The notes beneath the pieces were generated by a model. It was not told the DNA's origin. It saw nothing but the letters and a program-made list of their open reading frames with translations, and did not search any database. From Hydrolagus colliei (lineage: Eukaryota), in contig CM068749.1 in NCBI GenBank assembly GCA_035084275.1, positions 23,126,001-23,190,000 on the forward strand: a stretch of 64,000 nt of DNA. Reading direction: 5' to 3'. Every line of letters starts with the position of its first letter. Positions within the stretch are counted from its first letter, which is position 1. This document shows, piece after piece, positions 1-13,539 of this stretch. The translations under genes were made by a program, and so were the position numbers.

Positions 1-3000
1 CCCAGTTATTTACAATCAAAAATACAACTACCGTAAGTATAATTTCAACAAAATCATTTGTAATTCCATTCTTCTTCATTCATATTGATTGTGGAAAGTT
101 TTAAATGGTTGATTGTATAGAATCTACATATGTGAGATCCAAAGGCAATGATGCAGCACGGCATGATCCATAGATACCTAACATTTCTGTTGTGGATATA
201 CTGTACAATAAACCAATGGTCATACAGAAAAAGAAGACAAAAGAAAAACCTCTGGTTGTACCTTTAACTTTGAGTCTCACGGAAAACAAATGTGAGAGAA
301 GAGCAATGAAATTGATAGGATTTGGACTTGATATTTCACAGCCCAGGAGACACAGGCATTTGTTGAAAAGCATAAGGGTTTTGACGGTTGCCACTTCTTT
401 TGCAAATTACATGAGGATTCAAGAGGCTAAAATGACACACTGGGTCTGTGCTGTGCATCTGAGTGGTTGGCTTATTACGTCTGCCTCTCGTCTCTCCGAG
501 TGTAGAGAGAGAGCGAGAGGAAGAGCCCTGAAGTTCTACTCATTTCTTGCTCATTTGACAGATTGCAGAGCAGTGAAATGGTGGGATGGACTCCCACGGA
601 GACAACACAGCTATAACCAGGGGATAGTTTGTGTAGCAATTGTTTGCTCTGACCCTCAAAAGCTCCTGATCTGTAACCGTGAAATCTCTAATCTCATGGT
701 GGCAGGAGGGAGGAGTAGAAATCTACACATTCCACCGGCAAAAAAATTATTAGAATCTTGGCTTATCTTGTCTAATAATCATAAGCTTTCATCTGCATCG
801 AATATTTAGTGCTTTTACGGATCTGTACCTGCTTTATTCTGACGATATTCTATTAGCAGACTCAGAAGTCCAATACAATATAAATAGATTAGAGTTTACT
901 AAAACATTACTAGTGTTATTTAAAATATGTTTAGAATATAAACCTCCAGTCCAAAATGTGTTCATATGTCAAAAAAGCAGAAACTACGCTGAATTATTAG
1001 AATCAATGTTGATTAGGTGGAGGATTTTTTAAAAAATCCCAAAAAATGAAAGTGATTTTTTTTAACCGTTTTCCTCAAGAATATAATAAAGCAGAAATAA
1101 CACTATACATCTACTTGGTAAACTCTCTAAAAGACAATTTTTTTTTCAAATTGCAGATTACATTTCTGCTTTCAACAATTTTCTAGTTAAATCTTTTTAA
1201 AATTAAAAAGTTCTTGCCCTTTGCTTCATACTGTTGTTGGCCGCCCTGCAATGGTGTGTTAAAATTCTATTTTCTATAGCTTTGTTTTTGTTAAATCATT
1301 TTACTTAAAATCCCCCCCACCCCACCCCCTCTACTGCTCGCTCACTCTCTCGTTTTAACAAATGTTTGAACTGTTGCGTGAAAAAAGGGGATAGAGGGGA
1401 AAAAAAATAGGTGCAGATGGTGTAGTGTTTTTGATGGCCTTCATGCAACTGAGGGGTGTTTTCCCTTATTCTCCATTGTGCAGAAGTTTCTTGAGTGGGT
1501 GTGAACGCTCTCTTCTCTGTCTCACTTTGTCTTTTTCTCCTCAATGCACACTTTCAAGCCTTTCCCCTTGTTAAGTCCAGTGTGCAGTGCCGTGAATTAA
1601 AAATGAGTCGGGAGAGACGCTATAAAATAAACTCCCTGCAATAGTGGGTGGCCATCCAACACCCAGACAGAGCTAAACGTGGAAAACAAGACACATGTAA
1701 CACACGTTTCCTTTTAAATAGAAGATGGAAAACAATCTTTACTTTTTTTTTAGCAGTTTAGAGTTTTATTTTTAAGTGGATTTGTTTCAAAGATCCTGTG
1801 TTAAAATACAATGTGGTATGGACTGGGCATCAAACGGTTTTCAAGCACAGCATTTCAGTGGGTGTTTTTTGTGTGTCTGCAGCATAAATAATGGTAACTT
1901 TATGGTTATTAGGTGCAAGTGAAGACACAGTGGCATACAAGCGGAGAACACCAGCTCGCCTTCAAAAGAAACAGCCTGGCATAAAATGTTCTGATAATTG
2001 CATTACTGTGGGGTTTAGTCTTTTTTTGTGTCTGATTTGTCCCTTAAGCCAGCGTAACGCTTCTGCTGCTGAAGGAGAATGTGAACTGCAAATCGTAGGC
2101 AGAGCGTGAATGACACTACATGGTACACTGCTGCTTTATTTTAAAATTCTTTCTCTCCAGCCTCCCCTGCCACTGCCATTCAGTACATTGCCTCTTACCT
2201 CCCTACTGTCTCTTAGCCCCACCACTACACGCACACAAACATACACACGCACATACCCTGGCAAGGCAAGAAGCTCCACAACTACATCTCCTTGATTCGG
2301 TGTCTAGTTGAACTTGTGCATCACAGTTGGCAGCTATCTCAACCACATAACAAGGGGGAGATTGCATCTCTCAAGTGAAGAACGTTCCTTGGATGTGAAG
2401 TATTGGTTTTGGGAAGGTTAAGAGGGGCCATGGCAACATGAGGATTTCAAGCCACATATCCAGCTATAATCTGACAAGATGCTGTTTTTTTGCAGCCTCT
2501 AACAGTTTGCCCAGGAAGGATTTTCTGGACTGTTTTTTTTTGTGTGGGCTGGGCTGGTGGGGGAGAGAAAAGAAGGTTCTAGAGAAAAAAAATGATTTCT
2601 AACATTTTATTTTGCCTGCGTTATGAGAGTGTCCTTCAAATATGAATATTGATCTCCATTACTAAAGGGAAGACTTTACATTTCATACTTCTTCCTTAGG
2701 GCTTGGTAGTAAATCGTTTGGTCAAAATGTGTTTTGGTGCATTTATATTCATCTAGATTAATCTTTAAATTTAAGAATAACGAGAATGTTTTGTGCGGTT
2801 TGGGAAAAATAACACTCGGAAGACTTAGCATTATTCTATTTAAATAAGTGTTGCTCCCTCTGTCTCCTTTGTTTTCTCACTGCTTTCGCCACCCTGAGTA
2901 GAGCTGTCCCAATGGTGTTCTCAATTAGTTATTGAGAATTTTGCTATTTCCTCCAATCTAATTTCATTCTTTGGCATCCAGTTTCTGCTTTCTTCTCACA

Positions 3001-3062
3001 AAGTGACACCAATCTATCATCCTACTGAGGAAACTTTCTAAACAAAACCATTCTCTCCTTCT

Positions 3063-3420
3063 AATGGTTGTGGCTGAATATACCATCTGGTCTGGAACTG
3101 AGCCATACAGATCGAGAAAGTTCCAGGTTCCTTTTCTGTGCAGAAATAGTTGACCTTAGCCAGAGTGGCAGTGTGACACTATAATTGCTCTCAGCATCTC
3201 TTTGCTAGGTAAGAGTGAACCAACAAGATTTCCATCCTGATTGCTATCCACTGATCCTTTTGATGTACAAGTGCTTGGACATTTGGTGATGGCAGGATCA
3301 TGTTTTAGCTATAATGCTAACTGTGATCACGGCTTTAGGTCACATATGAGCAATGACCACTTAGGTGAGAGTCTGGACAATTGTTGGGAGTCCATAGAAG
3401 CATATCTCACTATGACTCAC
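3063..3420 (+). mobile_element. Ancient SINE-like repeat, family B
   Basis: Blocks actgagccatacaga / cctgattgctatccactga / ggcaggatc / cacatatgagcaatgaccactt recur at 16140-16445 (-), 34630-34900 (-) and 44700-44930 (+). Confidence 0.6.
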
Positions 3421-5110
3421 TGGAAAAGATTGTATTAGAAAGGATACAGAAAAGACTGATGGGACTGATCCTGAGTGTAAGTGGAGTGACATGATTGAAC
3501 TCACTTTCTCTGGCTATGGAATGCTTTGCATTTCCTGCGTTGTTATAGAACGCCGAGGTTTCTGGATGGGATTATGCTGAGAGGGATGGCTAGTAAAACC
3601 ACAAGTGTGCTTGTCTCAATTGTTTTGCACTTTCAAATCAGAAGAGAGGTTTCTCTGCTATCTGGAGATATTTCAGGGTGTGAATTTTCTTTCTTATGGC
3701 AGTTGCTCTCTCTTTAACACGTCCATCAAGCTTTTCTGTTTTTTGGCTTCTAATTTCTGCACTGTGATACATAACACATAAGCTACTGCACAGTGTGCAT
3801 GCTCTATCTACTACTCAGCCAGCACTTTACACATATATGATTTACAAAACTTAGTGGATTGCTTCCAATTGTTAGTCAAGGCTTTGAGCGTGGTGCTCGT
3901 TTTTTCCCCGCCAATAAATAGAATCAATGCCTGAAACTTGGTTAACTGTAAAGATTTTGCTCTTGAACACTTGAACATGAATCATACCGTTTTTGTTTAT
4001 TTTTAACACGTTTGGCAATTTCTGTTTCTCGTTTTACAAAGTCAATAACATTTAAGCCAGCCAAAAATAGAAGTGCTGTACTTAAAGACACAAGAGAAGA
4101 GAAAAACAAAGAGAGATATTTTTTCTGAAAGAATTAGATTGTGTTCGAATATTAACTCTTTGAGTGTGTGAGTAATTCATTTTTCTTTTCATCTGGATTA
4201 CATTGCTATTCGTTCTTCTTTGAAAGGCTTGACATTCACCTTGACTCTTGAGGGATTTTTAAAACAAATTAAAAGGAGAGAAAATGATAAGATACCAGAT
4301 TTGGGTTGTATTGAAGGTTAAGAGGGTCTATAATCAGAGTGGATCTCAGCATATCAAGCCAGGGAGTGTTGAAATGCCACCAAAGTTTTCTGCTAAAGTG
4401 GCCATCACGCCTTGACAGTCATAATGTGGCCTGTCTTCTGACCCTTAAATGCACTCAAAAGGATCAGGTTTTCTGTATTATCTAAGAGCCTGAAAAGAGC
4501 CAAGTAAAATGGGGCTTTTGTTAATTCTCTCCTTTTTTAAAAAAAATCTAGTGATGACTGCTGTTTTTTTTATTGGTAGGAGACAGTGGCGGCTGACTGT
4601 TAGCAAGCCATCTGTGCCAGAGTTTAGGTCAATGCATGTGAAAATTATACAGCACTTGGAAAATAAATCTTTTTAACCACTGATATTCACCACACCGTAT
4701 TAACCCCTTCGTCGGCCTATCACTTCAATAGAAAGGCGCTGCACCTCATTCAGGTTTTCGCTTGTGACGGACTAATTTTCAAGTTCACTTATTTTGCTTA
4801 TATTTATTTGTTTGTGGTGCTTTGTTACAGTGTTTTCCAACCCCTCCCGTATTTCTGCCATTTTGTCTCATCTTGGAGGTTGCTCATCCCGGCATATGCT
4901 CTTTGAATAGGATAGGCAGAGCATAGTGGGTCCACTAACTTATCCATGACTGGCTTAATTAACATTGCTGTCCTTTGACTGGCTGGCAGCATGCAAGGCA
5001 TAAAGTAGGCAAGAGTCAAAGCGTTAGTCGCCTGACTAACTCTCTCGTCATGCCTTGCCCTTCCCCCCCACACCACCCCCCAAACCATTGAAAGCCTCAA
5101 CTATGCCAGA

Positions 5111-5125
5111 CTCCATCTAGTGGCC
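5111..5125 (-). promoter_or_regulatory. CTCF-like motif next to a CCAAT cluster
   Basis: Minus strand GGCCACTAGATGGAG versus CCASYAGRKGGCR (1 mismatch); ATTGG/CCAAT at about 5147, 5164, 5171 and 5190. Confidence 0.35.
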
Positions 5126-5504
5126 TGGCTAAGATTGATCAATCTGATTGGCAAGGCGCTGGCCCAATTGATTGGAACACACACAACCTATTGGTGCAAA
5201 AAATCAATTAAACTGAAATTCTTCCATATTAGTTGAATTGATAATGTAGTAGACAATGCAGCAAAATCATATACATTTGGATTCAGGCTGCAAATCCAAT
5301 AAGATTCCAGCACTGCCATAACCGGTGAGACTTGTAAAGCCTCATAGACGATGTTAATAGACAATGTTAATATGTTTAAAAGGGAAATTAATAGTTCTTA
5401 ACTTGTATTATAAATGGGAAGATTTCAGTGGTTTGCATTTGCATTTCTGCCACTGATGCAATTGCTAATTCCAGCTGTGCATTCCTGATAGAATGATATA
5501 ATTA

Positions 5505-6476
5505 TAGATTCATAGATTCATAGAATTTTACGGCACAAAAGGAGGCCATTCGGCCCATCTAGTCTGTGCCGGCTCTTTGAAAAGAGCGATTCAATCCCAC
5601 TGCCCTGCCCGCTCCCCATAGCCTAATAGACCTGTTCTCCCTAAATGAAGATATAATTCCCTTTTAAAAGTAGTTATCGAATCAGCCTCCACCACCTTTT
5701 CAGGCAATGCATTCCAGATTCGAACAACTCGCTGAGTGAAAAAATTTCTCCTCAGCTCCCCTCTACTTCGCCTTGAAACTATTTTAAATCTGTGACCACG
5801 AGTCACAGATTCGCCCACGAGTGGAAATAGTTTTTCTCTATTTGCCCTGTCGAAACCCCTCATGATCTTATAAACCTCTATTAGGTCTCCCCTCAATCTT
5901 CTCTGCTCCAGAGAGAATAACCCTAGCCTATCTAGCCTCTCCTCATAGCTGAAGTCCCTCAATCCTGGCACCATCCTAGTAAATCTTCTTTGTACCCTTT
6001 CCAAAGTCTTCACATCCTTTCTGTAGTGTGGTGACCAGAATTGAACACAGTATTCCAGCTGAGGCCTCACCAAAGTCTTATAGAGGTTAGTCAGCACTTC
6101 CTAACTTTTGTACTCTATACCCCTATTTATAAAGCCTAGTATCCCATATGCCTTCTTAACAGCCTTGTCTACCTGTCCTGCCACCTTCAACGAGTCACTA
6201 ACACAAATCCCCAGGTCTCTCTGTTCCTTCACACCATTTAAAATTGTACTATCTAGCCTATATTGCCTCCCTTCATTTCTTCTCCCAAAATGCATCACCT
6301 CACACTTCTCTGCATTAAACTTCATCTGCCATGTGTCTGCCCACTTTACCAATTTGTCTATATCCTCTTGCAGATGGCTACTATCCTCCTCACTATTTAC
6401 TATTCTCCCTAACTTAGTGTCATCTGCAAACTTGGAAACTGTACTCCGTACACCCAAGTCCAGATCATTGATGTCT
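5505..6476 (-). mobile_element. CR1-clade LINE, 5'-truncated, young (RT C-terminal part, 3'UTR and (TCTATGAA)n tail)
   Basis: Minus-strand ORFs 6101-6679 and 5591-6097 are in the same frame, split by one TAG at 6101-6103. Translation has CR1 hallmarks INDL..SKFADDTKLG, WQMKFNAEKCEVMHFG, LYKTLVRPQLEYCVQFWSP, LERVQRRFTRM, RRLRGDLIEVYKI. Octamer tail repeat at about 5505-5527. Confidence 0.95.
5591..6473 (-). pseudogene. CR1 ORF2 reverse transcriptase fragment with one nonsense codon
   Basis: FADD catalytic motif; reads YKS*EVLTNLYK across the internal stop; sequence beyond about 6476 is unrelated flank. Confidence 0.9.
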
Positions 6477-7021
6477 AGTCTGCAATCATGCAGCTTGGTT
6501 TTCCAGAAAGGAAATTCTGGTGTCTTACCACAAGGCAAACCAAAGGAACAGATCAGTAACTTGCCGTCTCGTGATATCCAACACAGCCAGTCTAGGCCAA
6601 GACTGGAGTTTGAAGCTGCAGCCCAAATCTGTGTACTCAGGATGCCTTCCTTAAGATTTTTAAGGAGGTTCTGGATCAAAAACTGACTCTATTCCTCCTG
6701 TGAATTGTTATAATAATCTTTAATAATCCTTGCATTTGATAGAGTGCCTTATCACGTCATCGAGGTATTTCAAAGTGCTTATCAGGATATACCGTAATTT
6801 GAATGGCCATTGATGGAATGTTAGAAGCGGAGGGCTGAGATTCAAAGTTGTGGAAGTAATTCAAGACAATCTGATGATAGCATACCTAAAGCTGGTTTGC
6901 CTTCTAAAGATGAACACTACCAGTGAGATTGAATCACTGTATTTATCAGCTTCTTGATACTTTATATATTTACATATATATATCTATATATCTAAATAAT
7001 ATTTTTTTACTCATGTTGCAG

Positions 7022-7039
7022 ATGCTCCGAGTGGTACAG
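7022..7039 (+). other. Candidate 18-nt microexon
   Basis: tttttttactcatgttgcag|ATGCTCCGAGTGGTACAG|gtgaca; donor only moderate. Confidence 0.25.
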
Positions 7040-9039
7040 GTGACATGATATAACTGAAAGGATAACAAAGAGGACAGTAGTAGTTGATGGTGTATGATAT
7101 GGCTTGACTAGGACTACAACACTCATGTTTGTTCTTTCTCTATCGGATGTCAAACCCTATATACTATATATTAGAATACACTACGTCCTGTAAGATATAA
7201 ATAATTAGTTAAATGGGGCATCTCAGGTTGGGCAATAAGGAGAACGGCTTACTTGAAAACAAAGTCATGTCAGAAGACGCTATTGGCAGAGCGAGTAAAT
7301 GTATACACAGTGGTGACATTTTTAGATAACTCAAATACAGTGGATGGATCATGTTGCTTTTTCTCTTTGTTTGAATTTTTCTTCCTCCTTTGTAGTTTAT
7401 TGTTGCCTATTCATCCACAGTTGTAATTAATCTTTCACCTCAAATTGTGAACTGTCCTCGGAATTCAGGCCTTTCTCAGGATCTGGCCCGAGTCTTTAGG
7501 GATGAGACACAGGGAAGATTTTATTAAAATTGAGGTGCTGTGGCCTTTTTTTTTTAAAAAAAGGTTTAGTACTAGTTTTAGACACAATATCTATCAGGTC
7601 TGTACTTTTGCTAAGGACTCATATTTTTAGAGTTTCTGAATTCATTGTAAAGACACTTTAAGCTATTTCTTGACTGATGACAAACGTTTGCAAGTTATTT
7701 CCCAGACAGAAAGTTTTAACGATGCATTGTTTTTCAGTCATTACACTTTAATGCAGTTTTTATTTGGACACCTGACAAACTGTTGCAATCATTGTTCGCA
7801 ATAATGCCTCTGCCCTGGTTGTGTCATATTCGATGTTTAAAAAGTCAATCTTTTTTAAAAAAACACAAGAAGGCTGAATAACTTTTCCAATTTTTTTCAC
7901 AAATAGCTTTCACTTGATAAAAATAATTAATTGTTGCCTTGATTTACATTCTTTTTGAGAACAATCTGCACAAAAAAGTATAGCGTTCTGTGCTTAAAAG
8001 CAGCTGAGCTGTTTGAAAGATAACCTTGGCGTTTCGAGGGTTAATTTCCTCGCGATAGATGGGTCCCAGTATTTTAGTATTCTGAGGCATTCTTTTGCAT
8101 TTGATGGCACCAGACTTAAGTTTTACAATTCAGCCGTTTTTTTTAACATGATGGACTGAAAGTGGGTGTAGATTATAGCCCTCGCACTTCTGCTGGCTAT
8201 CAGGCAGTCAGTAATGGAGGCCTAGCCACACACATGATGTGAAGCTAATGGTCATAATTGCCCTCAGTGTTTGACAGGGCCACTATCAGAGCTCTTGAAA
8301 ACTCTATGTTTAAAGCAGGATTTACAGTAAATTACACCATAATGGTGAAACTACCACTGTTTGTGTATACACACACAAACACTCTTCCTGCTTCACTCTA
8401 ATCGTGTCTTCCCACTGCACAGTCTGGCTATATAGCTAAGTGGGACAAAGTTATAATGTTTGACAGTTATTAGATTGTTAAACGCTGGAGTACATTTTCA
8501 CCTCTTGTGATGCAGAAAGGTAGCTGATCACCAGAACGCAGATCAGAATTGGAGCCCCAGAGTGAAGGTTTAAAAAAGTTAGACTGTCATGTAAATGCTG
8601 TTTTCCTTGGATGCATAAAAATACAGGAAGTCGCAAGCGCACAGAGAGCAATTGTCTACAAACTGAGGAGCAACCTCCAAGTGGCAGATTCCTTGAGGAG
8701 CCCAGTACCAAAAGATAATTTAACTGCAACCCAAAAAAATCCAATGATATTAGGATTAATATGAAATAGTCTTTGCATTTACATAACATTTTAGAATGTT
8801 GAAATGTCTCAAAGTGCTTCATGATAATCACGATTAAGTGTAGCGACTGCGTATCTGAAGGTAATTGCCGCAGCCAATTTACCCGGTAGAATATGCCAGA
8901 AGCAGCCAGTCAGTGAATTAACAATTTAACTGGCAGATTATTGGCCAGGACACCAGTAGAAATGATGGTCCTGAATAACAGTTGAGATCTCTGTGTAACA
9001 TCTGAATTGAAGGATGCACAATGCATTGTCATGATATAA

Positions 9040-9222
9040 AATAATAAAAATAATCCTTGCATTTGATCTGGTGCATAGGTCTCACAAACAATCAGATCAC
9101 TGATGAGTATGACTATAAAAATAATCCTTGCATTTGATATAGCGCTTTTCACATCTTCTAGACGTCTCAAAGCGCTTCACAGAATATACTGTAAAGTGAA
9201 TTGACTGTATATTTGTGGGCAA
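9040..9222 (-). mobile_element. SINE family A 3' part with duplicated and extended tail
   Basis: ataatccttgcatttgatatagcgcttttcacatcttctagacgtctc..., with the tail motif present twice around a 50-nt spacer. Confidence 0.85.
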
Positions 9223-9611
9223 TGCTCCCCTAACACTGCACTGAAATGTCAGTCTGTATCACAAGTTCAAACCTCCAAAAGGAGGTTCCCTCAAAGGATC
9301 ATTTATGATAGTAATCTGCCAGTGTTTAGCATTGATTACACTTCAGAGCAAAGGCAGTTTGGTTTAGCGCAATCCCTACTTATGGGAGCTTCATTGCCTA
9401 CATCAAATATGTACATGATTCAAACAGAACATTTATACTCAGATCAAATCTATACCCTTTAATAGCTTAACCCGTAAATCAGCACCTCTTTTTATATTTA
9501 AATTATCCATAAATGTAATGTACTTTTAATGTTGCCTATTGGATTGTATATTCAAATTCTAGATCATCTGATCAGAAAACCCGATATGTTTATGGCTAAT
9601 GGCAAGTTAAT

Positions 9612-9728
9612 TCGCCCACAAATACACAGTCAATTCACTTTACAGTATATTCTGTGAAGCGCTTTGAGACGTCTAGAAGACGTGAAAAGCGCTGCTTCAA
9701 ATGCAAGGATTATTATTTATTATTATTA
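9612..9728 (+). mobile_element. SINE family A 3' fragment
   Basis: Near-exact inverted copy of 9118-9220. Confidence 0.88.
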
Positions 9729-9769
9729 ATGTACAGAATTTTTAGGTTTGTACGGCTAAAATACTTTGA

Positions 9770-10850
9770 TAGTCTTAAAACCAACAAATCCCATGGGCCA
9801 GTTAGTACAGCATGCTGACGGAGGACAGGGCTATCATTGTGAAAGAATTGCTAGGCACTGGTGAGATTCCATTGGACTGTAACATGTAAGCTTATATATG
9901 AAGAAGGGCAAAGACTGACTCTGGCTATTAGCTTAACACCAATAGCATGTAAAATCATGGAAATCCTTTCTGAGGAATAGATTGAAAGAGCACCTGTATA
10001 GCAATAACTTAATAAGAAAGCAGCCATCATAGATTTAGGAAGGCAGAGTCTTGCCTGACAAACCTTGACTTCTTTTAGGATGTCACAGATAAAGTAGATG
10101 GTGGCACTCCCTATCATATCGTTTATTTAGATTTTCAGAAACCTTGTGACAAAGTTCCACATGAAAGACTTTTAATTAAACTAAAAGCCACAGGGATCCA
10201 AAGTGGTATAGTACAAGGAACTGGTTTTTTAAAAAAGATAGAAAACAAGAGAGTATAGTGTGGAGTAATGTCGTATGTGGGAGTGAGTGTTGGAAGTTCC
10301 ATTAGGTTCAGTGCGTGGACCCTTATTATTTTTAATCTACATAAATGACCTAGTTATAGACAAATACAAGCTGGTTGAATCTGCTGACAACACAAAAAAT
10401 AGGAACAGCATAGACAGAGGATTGTTCAAAAGGTTTGCAAAGGGATTTAGATTGCATATTCAATTGGACAGATGCATGTCAAATTAATTTAACGTAGCTA
10501 AATATAAAATAATACACATAGGTCTAAAAATGTGGACTTGTGTATAAAATGAATGGAATTGAATTAGACTGTGGAGATTTGGAAAAGATCTAAGTAATAC
10601 TAGACATCTCGCTTTCCATGTTCATATATGTGATGAGAAGCAAATTACAAAGCAAATAGGACACATAGCTGGAACAAATAAAATACAAGTCTCCAGATTT
10701 ATCCTAGGTCATTTTCATTCACTAATCAGATCATGCCCTGAAAACAGCATTCATCCTCACTGGAAAAAATGTATTAGAAAAGATGCAGAAAAGATTGATG
10801 AGACAGATCCTGAGTGATCTATGAAAAATAGACTATAAGAGTGTAGTAAG
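9770..10850 (+). mobile_element. Old, decayed CR1-type LINE RT fragment
   Basis: ORF 10287-10487 EVPLGSVRGPLLFLIYINDL resembles the RT motif GVPQGSVLGPLLF..YINDL; YLDFQK-like and DKVPH-like remnants at about 10120-10165; many frameshifts. Confidence 0.85.
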
Positions 10851-13539
10851 CCTTACTATTAAAGAAAGGATTTTATTTAAATATATATGAAATACCCATA
10901 AAACTACTCAATTACACAGCATGCAGCCAGGTGCCCCTGAAATGTGTGAGCTGAGTGGTATGTATCATGCACTGCACTGAGGTCTAACTGTCATCTAACT
11001 TGTTCACAAACAGTTTAAGGGGTTGAATCAGTGATACCCTTTAGATAGAGTTTGAGTCACCTTGCTACGGATGGGATGCAGCATGGAGACATGACCAGTT
11101 TGTTGAATCCGAATATAGGAACCAGGCAAGCTCTATTTTGAAAAGGTCAGATACAACAGCTTTGGCTGCAGCTAATTTTGATTTATAGTTAAACTATTAA
11201 TGCAATGTCAATATTGTCTGATCCGAATTTGAGTTCAAAGGAAAACAAACATACATTTAAATCATTGGGATTGTGGCAAATTTGGTAAGCTTGTGATAAA
11301 AGTAATGCCATTTCAGCAAGCTGGCAAAATACACTGTGTACCTAAGTCACCACTATCACATGTGCAGAATCACTTGACGCAAAATAATTCAAAGGATGTT
11401 CATACTTAAGGCTTCATGGATCTCAGACCAAAAATAGCACACCCTGTCTTCAATGTCTCAGCATCATTTGACCAGTTGGCCATTCCCTCAGAGCGGACAA
11501 GCAGCTTTGTTTTGTTAATGCAGGTCCCTGGCTCATGAGAATGTTTAGTCTGGATGACTTGAGCGGCTCTGACATCCTGTGCATCGTGAACATCTGTGGA
11601 ACTCATTGCTTTTTCCAGAGGTCCCAGAATATTTGTGACCTAAAATGAGCCCTGGTAAGTTTTTTTTTCTCCAGATAATATGCTGAACTGACCACCTGAA
11701 TAGCGTAGCGCATTGGATGCAATGATGTGCTGCCCCAGAGGGAAAAGGGACAGAGTCAGAGGGAGGTGTGGAGATGTGAATGGTGAACAGAGACGAGGTG
11801 CCTTCCCACAGGAAGAGAGGCAAATAAAAAGAGGGCAAGTCAACCATTACATCTCCTGTTAGGAGGGAAAGAGATGTTAGAGAGTGGCACTGTTGGAGTT
11901 TTGGAAAATGATGTAAGCACCAATGTTTTTTAAAAGGAAAGGAAAGTTACTTTGTGTTGCCAATTTCTTAAGATTATGCAGTGTTTCTTGAGTAAAATTA
12001 GTATTTTATTTCATTGTACCATCTCATTTATATACATTCCAAATTAAATACTCTTTTTAGTGTTTTGCAAATATTAAAATCCTTGCAATTTAAACAGATA
12101 TTGCATTGGTGCTTGTGCAAACGTGATGAAGAGTGTGAAAAAAAGAATGATTTATTAAATATTGGCAGTTTGTGTCTTGTAACTTCGATCTCATCACCCC
12201 CCAGGAAATGACATTTCAATAAATGACATTGAAAAAGATTACTTCTACTTCTTCAAGATTTGATTACCTTGAATTTGTTTTGTAATATTCAGTACTAACA
12301 CATTTTCAGGAATATTGTGAAGGAAAACTTTTTTTTTCAAATACAGTGAGTATGGTTACAGTTTCTATGTATTAGTGCCTTTTGGGATCTGTAATGCTTC
12401 ATCACAATTTGATCAAAACTGTATTATAGGGAAGTTTTTTCGATATGTTATGGTTAGCCACAGGGCACTTTGCTTAGTGTCTTTCACAACTTGTCATCAT
12501 TGTTGTAATTGCAATAACCATCCTGGAGTATGTAATTTCACATGTTGTAAACATGCCTGCTTTTTTGATCCCGTACTTTTATATTAGTATCAAAGATATA
12601 GAACCCACAATTCCAAGTGAATGGCAGTGTGATATGATAAACAACATCTGTGTGAGAGCTACTGATTGGCAACATTCTCATTTTAAAATGCAGCGGGGTG
12701 CTGGAGCCTGTTCAGCTCTACCGCTAGTGTAAATACAAGTAAATGTGATAGGCCAGCCTGGCATACAGGAAATAACCTATCCTAAACAGCCCCAAGACAC
12801 TATGTAACTCACAAATGAGCAGCAAAGTTGAGTGGAGCTTTCTACACTATTGGGCTGTTATGAAAAAGACCTGTGCATATGTTTTTTTTAAATTGTAATG
12901 GAATTTGTCCCAGTGTGTAAACATAATACTGATTCATACGGTCTTATGAAGCCTTGGTCGTCAATAATGTTTCTAATCTTTGCTGTGTTCACTTATCTGA
13001 TCCAAAGCAATAAATAAATAATAATAATCCTAGTGTTTAATATAGCACTTTGTCATATCATCGAGACATCTCAAAGAGCTTCACAGGATATGCTGTTAAA
13101 GTAAATCAGCAGCCGATTTGCCCGCAGCAATGTCTCACAAACAGCAAAAGAAGCAGGGTGATAGCCGTAATGTGTCTAGGGGAGGGCGGGTTCCTGCTTC
13201 TGAACATTGTTCAGTGGCTAAGTGTCTGTGTGATTGCACATTACCTTTGGACAGGACCTTTTGGTCAAACAGTTCACTCACATTCACTATTCGGCGCCCA
13301 CAAAAATAATATACTGTAAGTGGGTCATATGCTAAATTGGGGGACAGGGATGGTGGAAAGAATTCTGCCTCTCAATTCTGTAATATGATTTGATATTTTC
13401 ATGTTGGAAGTTAGATGGAATTGTTACAATATAAATAGTACTATTTCCAATGCTCATCACCCTGTGAATGCTGTTTTACAGCTGATGTATATTTTTGACT
13501 ATTGAATTTGGATGTCAAGCATCAGGTTTTCCTTGTCGG

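Noticed and set aside
192-809. 205-aa ORF on the + strand
   Set aside because: GTG start, no recognisable domain, runs through a GA-repeat and enhancer-like sequence; likely a chance ORF.
6108-6686. 192-aa + strand ORF
   Set aside because: Antisense shadow of the CR1 reverse transcriptase frame.
9075-9125. Hammerhead or C/D box suggested by CTGATGA in the SINE tail extension
   Set aside because: No stem II followed by GAAA, no stem I pairing, and no D box with a terminal stem.
13205-13230. miR-27-like string (ttcagtggctaagtgtctg); also miR-128-like at about 20700
   Set aside because: Partial matches only, with no supporting precursor hairpin.
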